In this document: positions 53,277 to 64,000 of the stretch, one piece after another | Layout: every line of letters starts with the position of its first letter | How positions within the stretch are numbered: position 1 is the stretch's first letter | Source: the human T2T-CHM13v2.0 reference genome, Homo sapiens | Assembly: GCF_009914755.1 (NCBI RefSeq) | Contig: NC_060933.1 | Strand: one strand, 5' to 3' | DNA length: 64,000 nucleotides | The notes under the pieces: generated by a model | What the model saw: the letters and a program-made list of their open reading frames with translations, nothing else | Databases searched by the model: none | Told to the model about the DNA's origin: nothing | Made by a program: the position numbers and the translations under genes

Positions 53277-53764
53277 TGTGTTAATTAGGGTTCTCCAGAG
53301 AAACAGAGTCAATAGCATTCATATAGATAAATAAGAGAGATTTTATTGTGGGAATTGGCTCACATGATTATGGAGACTGAGAAGTCCCACGATAATGCTG
53401 TCTGCATGCGGGAGAACCGGAAAAGCTGGTAATGTGATTCTGAAGAAGGCCTAAGTAAGTAAATTCTTAAGACTGGAAAGCCTGAGGACCAAGAGCTCTG
53501 ATGTCAGAGGGCAGGAGAAGATGGATGTCCCAGCTTCAAGAGAGAAAAAGAACTTGCCCTTAATTTGCATTTGGTTCTATTTGGGCACTCAGTGGATTGG
53601 GTGACACCTACCCATGTTGGTGAGGGTGGAACTTCTTTACTTAGTCTACTGATTCAAATGCTAATCTCTTCTTAAAACAGCCTCAGAGGCACACCCAGAA
53701 ATAAAGTTTTACCAGCTATCTGGGCATCCCTTAACCCAGTCAAGCTGACACATAAACCACCACA
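53277..53764 (-). mobile_element. MLT2 (ERVL) solo LTR
   Basis: TGTGTTAATTAGGGTTCTCCAGAGAAACAGA...CCCAGTCAAGCTGACACATAAACCACCACA. Confidence 0.9.
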
Positions 53765-54442
53765 AGGATGTTAATTCTTATGCAAAATGGCTTTATTCTT
53801 TGCCATCTAATCTTAATATTCTTTTGTTTAAAGGTTCATAGGCTCCTTCTACCCTCAGTCTTCCAAGGTCCTTCATCCTCTATTCATGGCATTCAGGAGA
53901 CTAATAAACTCATTTCTTTTCAAGGGATAGCTGTATTCCTTTCCTTTTGTAGCTGGCTTTGTCACAGAGGCACACCAGAGCCCAGGGCCTTTAGCATACT
54001 CGCTTCTGCTGTAAGTGACCCACTCTCTTAGAGCACCTTGGGCTCTGTTATAATTAAGAGTCAATGCCAAAAGATCAGGTCAAGCAAGGGATTTCTAAAT
54101 CCTTTTTCCAATACCCTGCCTTCACCTTTTGGCATTTTCATTGTCAATACCCATTAATTTTTGTACGCGTTCAGACTACAGCTCTTTTCCTGCCTCCCAA
54201 AGAAGCTACTTCCTTTTCTTATGCTCTCTTCTGCCTTTCAAGCCTTATTTATTAGGACGAAACCAAGAAAAGATAATACCCATTGGATGCAAAGGAGATA
54301 GCTGTCCTTAGTCCCATCATGGATTCCTCAGACGCTCCCAGAAAAAATTCCTGTAAGTGTTATAAATCTCATAGTGGATTTTGCCCTCTAAGTAAGCCCA
54401 TGGTGAAGGCAATCCCATGTTTTAGTTACACTCTTTGTAATT

Positions 54443-54898
54443 TATGATGGTTAATTTTATGCGGCAACTTGACTGAGACAAAGGGTCCCCAGATTAAATA
54501 TTATTTCTGGATGTGCTGTGAGGGTATTTACAGATGATATTAACATTTGAATCAGTGGACTGGGTAAAGCAGATTGCCCTCTCCAAGGTGGATGGGCATC
54601 ATCCAATCTGTTGCAAGCTTAAACATGACAAAAGGAGGAGGAAGGGGGAATTTGCTGTCTGCCATCTGCTTGATCTGGGACATCGGTCTTCTGCCCTCAA
54701 CTGTGACTCGCACCATCAGCCCTCTGGTATTGAGAACTACATCATTGCCTTTCCTGAGTCTCCAGCTTGCAGACAGCAGATCATGGGACTGCTCAGCCTC
54801 CCTAATCACTTTGCCAATTCCTTACGCTGTAATAAATTTTTTTTCTCTATCCATCCATCCTCTTGGTTCTGTTTCTTTGGAGAACCTTAACTAATAGA
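54443..54898 (+). mobile_element. MLT2 (ERVL) solo LTR
   Basis: TGATGGTTAATTTTATG..CAACTTGACTG...GGTTCTGTTTCTTTGGAGAACCTTAACTAATA. Confidence 0.9.
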
Positions 54899-55661
54899 GT
54901 ATTCTTATTTTTATCTGATAGTTTGTGTTTGCCTCTTCTCCAGTTTTATGGCCCAAACTTTGAACTGTTCTGGGCTTTAAGATTTATACTGGTATTTTAC
55001 CTTACGGAACTTTCCCCTACATCATAAACCATAAGGCATCTGCTTCTAGTTTTGGTAAAAATGTTGATGATTTATGCCTACCATCCTTTGATACCTTGGT
55101 TTGCTGTAATGGGAATCGACATCTATATTTGTTAATTGTAGGCAGGCCATTACCTGGGTCCCTGGGCTCATCTCTGTCTTCCTAGGCTGCCCTGCTGGCC
55201 AGATCTGTTTTGAGGCAATGACAGTAAGCTAAGAAAGGCAGCTCTTTGTAAGCTGGTGATAGATTCCTTAGGAACTTCCAAAGGGTACCACAAATAAGGT
55301 AAAAAGTTCTGTGGAGGTTTTACCTTCAAGAGTAGCTCATTGTAAAGTCTTTTGTATGTCTAAGTTACATGCTTAGACAAAAAGAAAAGTTGGTAACTCT
55401 CCCTGCTTTGCTTGTAACATATTAGCTGAAATAACACTGACTTCTTTGTCAGACAGAATCTATCTTTTCTGTCTGTGTTTCTTTTTCAGAACATGCATCT
55501 CTGGTAGGCAAGAGAAATACATGCTATGCTAGTGTTCGGACACAAAAAACGATGAAGAGCAAATATTTCTAAATGCGTGTTTAGACAATATGGTCTCTAA
55601 CGTCCCTTAAAATTTGTAATGTTCTCTTAGGCTTTAGGGAGAGAAAAAAAACATGTGCAAG

Positions 55662-56044
55662 TGCTATGTTTTGGATTTGTGTCCCCACCCAAATCTCATG
55701 TCAAATTGTAATCCCCAGTGTTGGAGCAGGGGCCTGGCAGAAGGTGATTGGATCATGGAGGCAGATTTTCCCCTTGCTGTTCTTGTGATAGTGAGTGAGT
55801 TCTCATGAGATCTGCTTGTTTAAAAGTGTGCAGCACCTCCGCCTGCTCTTTCTTCCTCCTGCTCTGTCCATCTAAAATGTGCCTCCTTCATCTTTGTTTT
55901 CTGCCATGATTTTAAGCTTCCTGAGGCCTCCCCAGTCATGCTTAATGCATAGCCTGTGGAATTGTGAGTCAGTTAAACTTCTTTTCTTTAAAATTACCCA
56001 GTCTCAGGTAGTTCTTTATAGCAACGCAAGAATGAACTAATACA
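55662..56044 (+). mobile_element. MST (A/B-like) MaLR solo LTR
   Basis: TGCTATGTTTTGGATTTGTGTCCCCACCCAAATCTC...GAACTAATACA. Perfect TSD GCAAG (55657-55661, 56045-56049). Confidence 0.93.
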
Positions 56045-56806
56045 GCAAGTAACAAAAGTAGTCCATAGGGAATATCAAACCATTCATCTCCTTCATATTA
56101 GATGAGTCTAGGCTCCCAGGAAGCCCAAAGGCAAACTCTAGGAAAAGAAATCTTCCTTAACTGTGTGAATTCAACCTCTACAGAGGATTTAGGAGTCTAA
56201 AAACAAACAGAATCCCTCCTACGCTCCACAAAACCTTTTCCTTGGGACCCACAGAGAGTTAGAACTTTATAAGCCTGATCAGTGAGATTTCCTAAATGGG
56301 AACCTCTGGCTTGGCCAGACAGAACATGGAGCTATCTTAAGTCTTATTACAAGTAGCCTGGAATTAGTATGCTTCTGTGACACATACTACACACAGACAG
56401 CTTAAATGGAGTGGTACTCTGATCTGTTCCTCTTTTGATCACCTCCAAACTTGAGCCATGTTTGGACAGATCTCAAATTGCAAAGAAAGCAGGCTTATTA
56501 CATTCAGTACAAAGAACAACTACCAGGGAAAGAATCACTGCAAAGTAGATGTGTACTGAATAATTCCCAAAACTTAGAAAGGATTGGGAGACATTTGAAT
56601 CTGATCAGCCAGAGTAGAGAGACTTGGATGAACCTGGAACTCTTAGTGAACACAACAGAAGGATTACCTTTTTATTTTTTATTTTTAAATTTTTTTGGTA
56701 GCAGGGCTAAACTATTCCTACAGTGGTATCCTAGGTGCACCTTTAAAAATCTTAAAATAAGTCTCAAAAATGTCAAGCTGAAATCTGTCTGCCAAAAAAA
56801 GAAAAT

Positions 56807-56809
<3 letters not shown>

Positions 56810-56840
<31 letters not shown>
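56810..56840. repeat. (CA)n microsatellite
   Basis: Direct reading. Confidence 0.95.
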
Positions 56841-56842
<2 letters not shown>

Positions 56843-56899
56843 TGCAAAGCAATAAGCCAACACTTAATCCTCTTTAAAAGCAGATAACAAACTCCTGAC

Positions 56900-58115
56900 A
56901 CTCCATAACATAAAATGTACGATTTCTAGTTCAGAATACAAAGTCATTAGATATGCAAGAAGCAGGAAAATATGACCTATCGTGAAGAGAAAGCACATTA
57001 ATAGAAACAGACCCAGGAATAACAGAGATTATGGAATTATCAAACACAGACTTTAAAACAATATTATAAAAATGATTAAAGATTTAAAGGAAATTACATA
57101 TAGGAAAAAGAGAAGATACAACAAAATAACCAGTGGAACTTCTGAAGTTGAAAAACACAGTACTTGAAATAGAAAATTCACTGGCTTTGTGTAACAGTAG
57201 ATGAGATACTGGAGAAAAATAGATGAATGAGCTTAAAGAGCAATCAAAATAATTTAAATCAAAAGACACATACAAAGACACAAGATGAAAAACAATGTGT
57301 AGAGTCTTAGTGACCTGTGTGACAATGTCAAACAATCTTACATACACGAAATTTGTATTCCAGAAAGAGAGAGTGGCAGAAAAATGTTTAAAGAAATAAT
57401 GAGCAAAATTATCCTTATTGATTAAAAGTATGTTCTAGAACTCTGTGAAGTTAAAAGGTAAATACATACCCCAAACCCATACCAGGACACATCAAAATCA
57501 AATGGCTGAAATTCAGTGATAAAGAGAAAATATCAAAAGCAGTCAGAGTGGGGAGAAAGACTTTTTATAAAGAGAAGCAAAGATAGGAATTATCACTGAC
57601 TTCTCATCAGAAGCAATGCAAGCCAGGAAACGGTGGAATAGTATTCAAACTAGAATTCCATATTGTGCACAAATATCCTTTATAAAAGAAGGCAAAAGAA
57701 AGGAGACATTTTAGAAAAGCAAATTATGAGAGAATTCATTGGTAGCAGACCTGTACTACAAGAAACATTTAAAAAAGTTCTTTTCACAAAAGAAAAATAA
57801 TATCAGATGAAAACTTGGATCTACCAAAGAGTTGAAGAGTAACATCATAAATATGTGAATATAAACAGACTTTTCTTCACAAGCTTTTGTTTTTTAAATA
57901 TAATGAATTGCTTAATTCAACAAAATGTATTGTGCAGTTTATACCATATGTGGAAATAAAATCTGTAACAACTGCACAAATGTTAGTGGAATGGTGTGAT
58001 GGGGTTATGGAGTATGCTGTTTAAAGATTCTTATATTCGGCATATATGAAGAGATATGATATTAACGAAAGAAGACTGTAGTGAGTTCAAAATGAATCTT
58101 ATAAATCCTAGAGAA
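56900..58115 (+). mobile_element. Old L1M ORF1 region
   Basis: A-rich L1M ORF1-like: AAGAAGCAGGAAAATATGACC...GACTTCTCATCAGAAGCAATGCAAGCCAG...GCAGACCTGTACTACAAGAAA. Confidence 0.8.
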
Positions 58116-58792
58116 ACAAATACTGATGTAACAAACTAGTAATTTTTCAAGAGGAAATTCTTTAGATGTAAAGTTGATGTAGCCACTTAAAAATAAGTTG
58201 TATTAGCTAATATTAAATGTACTAAATTAACATGCTACTCCCCTCACAAACAAACACTAGCAAAGAAGAGTAGAAGGAACAAGAAAGACACAATAGCCTT
58301 TCTTTGCTCTATGAATTTGGAATTCTGCTGAGACAGAATTTATCTTCTGTGGACTTTTTGAGAAAGTTGTTAAAAAGAATGGGAAGGGAGAAGGAATATT
58401 TCTTCATATTGTAAGGGTGCATCTGAAGATGGAGAGCATGTTTGTGGTGACATTAGTCCACAGAGTTGGGCATTTTTCTCCAGCAGTGATTAGCCATTTG
58501 AAGGGCAGGGAAGTCAGGTGATTAAATTGATATAAGACTGGCATGTCAGATAGACAGTAATAAAATTGTGGGAATATATGAGTTCAAATGATGGGTGAGA
58601 TCTAATCCAAATGTGTGAGGAAGTTATTTCACTATGGGGTTTATTTGTTTGGAAGAATATAGTTAAATGGACTAGAGGTCTTAGTAATGCCAAAGAATAG
58701 GTATAATTAGAGTGATAAAATGAGAGCAGTGAAGGCAACAGAGATTTAGAGCAGAAAACTAGAATTAAAGATTTCACAGGTGGGACAGTTTT

Positions 58793-59135
<343 letters not shown>

Positions 59136-59729
59136 TTAGGTGACATCAATAAGTGAAATGCAAGTGTTGATTGGTGGGGTCCGGGAGGCTGTTATTGACT
59201 TTGTGAAGTTGGCATGCTTGGTGGGCTGTCCATAAAGATTTGTATCTTACTCAAGACAATAGTGGGATTTGAGATTCATAGACCCTGAGCCAGGTGACAA
59301 TAGCCTGTGATCAATAGTATTTTCAGGGGATAAGAGCCGTTTTTTATATGCCTAATGAGGTCCATGATTTTTGACTTCCCCATGCTTTAATTTAGTCAGC
59401 TGAACTAACCCGTTGCAGTACTCAGTAAATGTTGAATATTTATGATGAGAAAACTAGGGGAATATTACCGGAAGTCTCCTTATGGATAAAATACAGTAGC
59501 TACTAATATTTACTTATACTCTCTTTCCAATCATATGTTAAGAAATATAAAAAACAAGTGAATCACTTCTACTATGCATTATTTAGAAACTTTAAGGAAG
59601 GTAGGATTATAAATATCAATATCTATATTCAGATATTATATTGCATAGGTCGGTATGTAATGCAGAGGAAAAGCTGGGAGAAGCACCAACATAAGCCAAT
59701 TTCTATCTGATGTACTTTCTGTATGTTTA

Positions 59730-59840
59730 GTGAGGTGTGAACTCTTATAATTACTTTATAGATGAGGAAACTGAGGCTCAAAGAGATATCAGCTCTCTGA
59801 GTTGTATTAGACTGATACAGAGAATTTTAATCTGGAAGGA
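59730..59840 (-). mobile_element. MIR fragment
   Basis: CTTTATAGATGAGGAAACTGAGGCTCAAAGAG core. Confidence 0.7.
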
Positions 59841-60587
59841 TTACCTGGAAGAATAATTTTAATTTTGAAATAAAACTGATACAATTGCCTCTGCAATTAC
59901 CTGGGGCTTTTATTCACTCTTCTGGTCATTGTAATTAGAGGTCTGCAGAGTGAAAGAAATTATTGATAGATTTGGTTAAGTTATCTATAGCTTTAAACCC
60001 TAGCATTAAATTCGTAATTCTTCTTAATTTTTATTTTGAAATGCTCCATTAAACTACACAGAGTAACAAATAGATCATTTGGCTTTTGATTTGTCATCTA
60101 CTTTCTCTCCATTTCTTTCTTTCTTTATTTGGTCTATATCTTTATTTTTTGCACATCATGTATATACATTTGTGATTGCTTGCCTCCATGACAGATACTG
60201 ATGGTCTGCCATCAGTTATTTTAATAATTAGTAATTGGCAAAAATAAGTTATTAATCTTGATTTTGTTATTTTGTTTTCTCATCTAGACAACAAACCATG
60301 GCAATTTCTAGAATATTTTGTATAGACTAATTACTCAATTTGGGCTCAAGTTTTATATACAGTGACCTTTGAGTTAAAATATCACATCATCTGATGTTTA
60401 TGCCTTAATGTAGTTTTTAAGTATTAACATCTACAGCTCCCCTAAATCTTTTTTTTTTTTTAACTAGAGCTCAGTATTTTGTAACAGGAGGAATCTGCCA
60501 CTCCTTTTTTTTTCTTTTCTGTCCTTTCCATTCAGACCTACGTCTCCACCCAGATGTTCTTCCCTCCTCTGCCTGTGATATTCTACT

Positions 60588-60613
60588 ATATATATATATA
60601 TATATATATATAT
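60588..60613. repeat. (TA)n microsatellite
   Basis: Direct reading. Confidence 0.95.
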
Positions 60614-60711
60614 CTCCTTGTTTTTCAAAATGGAACTTTTGGAGATAAGCACTAGGGAAGGATGTAGATTACATACTTTTGGTTACTGTAAAGAATAAAA
60701 AAAGGAATAAA

Positions 60712-60890
60712 ATTAACATGTATTGAGTCTACATTTATCCCATCACTCTTCTCAATCATTTACATATATCATCTCATTAATCTTCCTGTCCACTATATTA
60801 TGTATTATCTTCATATTATTAATGAGGAAATTGAGGCTGGGGAGGTTTGATTCCAAAACCTATTTCTTCTATTATACTCAATTGCCTCTA
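60712..60890 (-). mobile_element. MIR fragment
   Basis: TATTGAGTCTAC...TCTCATTAATCTTC...ATGAGGAAATTGAGGCT. Confidence 0.65.
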
Positions 60891-61829
60891 AAATAGTTTA
60901 TAATTGAATAATATTTGGAAATGAGAAGAAATAAAACTCTCAGAGCCCTAAGAAAAAAATACTTTTAACGGCAGACAAAAGTTAGTGATGTTAGCAACTA
61001 GGAAGAACAATAATAGTAATATAACGCAAAAGATAAAATATTAAATAACTAACCTGTATGAAATTCATTTATAGATTAACTAGGGTTCTGTAATGTAAAC
61101 AAGAGTCAACGGTGGTGTTTGATCAAATGCAGATTCCTTGACCTGACTCCAGACCTCCTGAATCAGAAACTATTGGGATGGGCCACTGATAATGATGGTC
61201 CACATGGTATCTTTAAAAGACACAAGAATCAAGGAAAAAAAAAATGAAATGAAAGCATACCAGGTTAAAAAGGTGAAATTAATTTTCAATTTCTTCATCA
61301 AATGTTGAATCAACCAATGGAACCACTGATGCCCTTCTGCTCAGGCTATGCTTGGTGCACTGACAATTTTAGTGTGGTCTTGTGGTGAGAGATCAAGAAG
61401 TTCCGACTCATCTTTCCACCATCAAAGCTGCATTAGACCACATGGCCACCTGGCTCCAGGCCTCTGCTGCCTCTCCTGGCCAAGTGCAGTACTGCGCACA
61501 CCTTGACCAGGTGACTGGAAGCTGTTGGTCCAGCTCAGCTGCAGGAACTTTGAAGAAGAGAACTAAGGTGATAAAGCCAAGATAAACTTTCATTTTGTTT
61601 TGGAAAGAGAAGAAGAAGGGAGTAAGCAAGAGGCTTACTGTTTGGAGCTGGCAGTGTAATATAAAAATATGGTGAAATGGAGGCCATGTCCCTCAAATCC
61701 TAAACCTCTTTTATTCCCCCATTAAAAATGCACTACAGATTATAGGCTGCATAACCAATATTATTATAGAAGTAGAGTAGAACAGGGCCACCCCAAAGGT
61801 TTTAACTTTCCTGATCAATATTTAATAAC

Positions 61830-62230
61830 TTAAGAGCACTGATGGAACTTTTAGGAGAGATTCCTGAACAATACTGTCAATCCAGAGAATATAGGTGAAA
61901 AACAGGAGAGGCATCAGAAGTAGAGATGGGATCATGTCTTCCTGGTTTTCCAAAAAAGAAACATAGTCGATATTGCAATATGACCCAGTAACATTGATTG
62001 GTTCCCTAGAAAAAAATTTTAATGCGGTTTCTTCATTTAAATTGTTTCAAATCTACTTAAAAAGAAATAATCACAAACACCATTTTGTCAGGAATAAATG
62101 AGGTCAGATATAAGTTTACTTCTTTCTTTTGTAGGCCTACTAAATTAGTAGTTCCAAAGGAACGTAGATCTAGGTATCTCATATGCACCACTGCATTTGA
62201 ATTAAAGTCTCTAAAGCCACAGGCCACAAA
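61830..62230 (+). mobile_element. L3/CR1 fragment
   Basis: GAGATGGGATCATGTC..CCTGGTTTTCCAAAAAAG...ACCCAGTAAC resembles the CR1 RT region. Confidence 0.45.
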
Positions 62231-62539
62231 AGTTTTCCTCTCGGTTTACTTAATTCCCTAATCCTTCATCCATCTTCAGTTAGCTCAGGAGTTGCAATGA
62301 TGACAAAAGTAGACTGTTCACAGGACAAGTGATCATTGCGTCCTTTTTAGGATGCTTGTCTATCAAGACAGACAGAGAAGGGTCGGTCAGTGGTGACATA
62401 ATTATAAAATCAATAGTTCTGACATCTTGGTAAGAGAGGTGCATGAGGCCATCCTTACATTAGACTAACCTGACAGGTTGTTGTTTTACAATATTTTTTC
62501 CACTTCTATATGCTTAACTTATTAACCATTGTTTCTATT

Positions 62540-64000
62540 CTTAAAAATAAAACTAATAAATATACATACTTTAAAACATTCACAAAGTTCATAGAGCTAT
62601 AAAAAGAGACAAAAATGTCACTGGGTCCAGTCTCTACCTCTTTTCTTTAAGAAATACCGCTGTTAACCGTTTTTTTTTCCAGAAAAAAAGCCTGTATGTC
62701 CCCATATACTTATACACATTGGATCATACTATATGTACTGTTTTACGTCTTCCTTTTTAGTATTGAATGATATGCCTGGGGGATCTACACATATCTACGC
62801 ATGTAAAAAATTCATTTTATTCTGTTACATTTATGAAGTATTCCATACTCGTGGTCTTCAATACCTTAGCAACTAGTCACTAGCCACTAGCTACTAGTTC
62901 GATACCTTAGTCACATTAAATATTTGAAATGTGGCTACTGCCAATTAAGATATGCTATATGTGTATTTCACTTTGCAGATACATTGTGTTTGTTTTCTAT
63001 TTAGTGGACATTTGGGTTGTTTATAGCTTTTTTGTTGTTATTCCTAGTAGTGCTACTATGAACATTCTTGAACATATTTCTTCATGTGTTTAAAAGTTTT
63101 TCTCGGATGGATATTTTCAATTTTTATTTTTTATCACAACTCAGTGCAAAACACATCTTACAATATATAGAACGCGTGCACACACACAGATATGTCATGA
63201 ACTCTCCTCTCCTCTCTCCTGTCCTCTATTTTATCGTGAGGCAAATTGCATACCATCTTCTTCAAGAGTCCGATAGTAATTCTTGATCCTTTACTGTTGC
63301 ATATAAATTTCATAATAGGCTTGTCAACTTCCACGAAGGGCCCTGTCAGCATTTTGATTAGATTCTAGTTAAGTCTATAGTTTGATTAGTAGGACATTGA
63401 TAAAAAACAAGACAAGGGTTTCTGGTCAAGAATATGATATATCTTCCCATATGTTTTTATATTCGAGTTTGAGTGACAGAGTTATGATCTTTTGTAAAGT
63501 CTACTCTTAAATTATCCCTTATCTTTTAAAAATTGTTTTCTCTGTTTTTGGCACAAATTGATATTTATATGTGCTTGATATTTAAATGTATCTTGTTTAC
63601 AGGAACCACAAGAAAATTTTAATCATTTTCTTTCTTAAAATGTCAAATCCTGGCTGCATTGGTATCACTCTGATGCTCTGAAATTTATTCAACTTTTCTA
63701 GTTTTTCAGGCTACAAGAGGTAGTCTGATGCAAAATGAAATGACTCAGTCAAAATAGAATATATTTTTACATATATATTCATAATGTTTTTGTCTGGTAT
63801 TGGTATAAAGGTTATAGTAGACTCTTAAAATTATTGAGAACACTTCCTCTTTTCTCTTCGTTAACAAATTTTGCCTTAGATTCGCTAGATGTTTCTGAAT
63901 GTTTGGTAGAACTTCTTTGTAAAACTATGGTGGCCTTGTTTATTTTCATGAAACATTTTTTTATTTTAAAATAGTGTAGCAGTTATAGTATCAAATATTA
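62540..64000 (-). mobile_element. Old L1ME-type 3'UTR/ORF2 fragments with nested MER3/MER33-like piece (~62850-62960)
   Basis: TGGACATTTGGGTTGTTT...TGCTACTATGAACATTCTTG; CATATAAATTTCATAATAGGCTTGTC; GTCTGGTATTGGTATAAAGGTTAT; nested TTGAAATGTGGCTACTG. Confidence 0.7.

Noticed and set aside
56451-56855. 134-aa ORF
   Set aside because: Non-ATG start, ends in a (CA)n-derived HT repeat, no recognisable domain.
61382-61629. Overlapping ORFs, one with a signal-peptide-like N-terminus (MKVYLGFITLVLFF...)
   Set aside because: Short, no homology recognised, no convincing promoter or splice context.

Overview
Primate (human-like) intergenic or intronic DNA, AT-rich and CpG-depleted. I can support no protein-coding gene, RNA gene or CpG island here. 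The window is dominated by interspersed repeats: 7 Alu/FLAM copies (all on the - strand), a 4.6-kb L1PA8-10-type LINE-1 with intact 14-bp TSDs, many old L1M/L2/MIR/CR1 fragments, about 10 solo LTRs (THE1/MST/MLT1/MLT2/MER41/MER67/MER74-like, most with recognisable TSDs) and several hAT DNA-transposon relics. Two structures stand out. (1) The L1 at 3711-8337 has been patched twice with inverted copies of neighbouring non-L1 DNA from 1533-1947 (a 410-bp and a 39-bp patch) and has a third deletion junction with duplicated filler, which is a template-switching repair scar that also creates a ~97% identical 410-bp inverted repeat. (2) A compact ~2.3-kb two-LTR ERV1-type provirus at 49889-52179 keeps a tRNA-Arg PBS, a splice donor, an env cytoplasmic-tail remnant and a PPT but almost no gag/pol. 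Repeat subfamily names come from my recall of consensus sequences and need RepeatMasker/Dfam confirmation. I see no evidence for a novel gene system.
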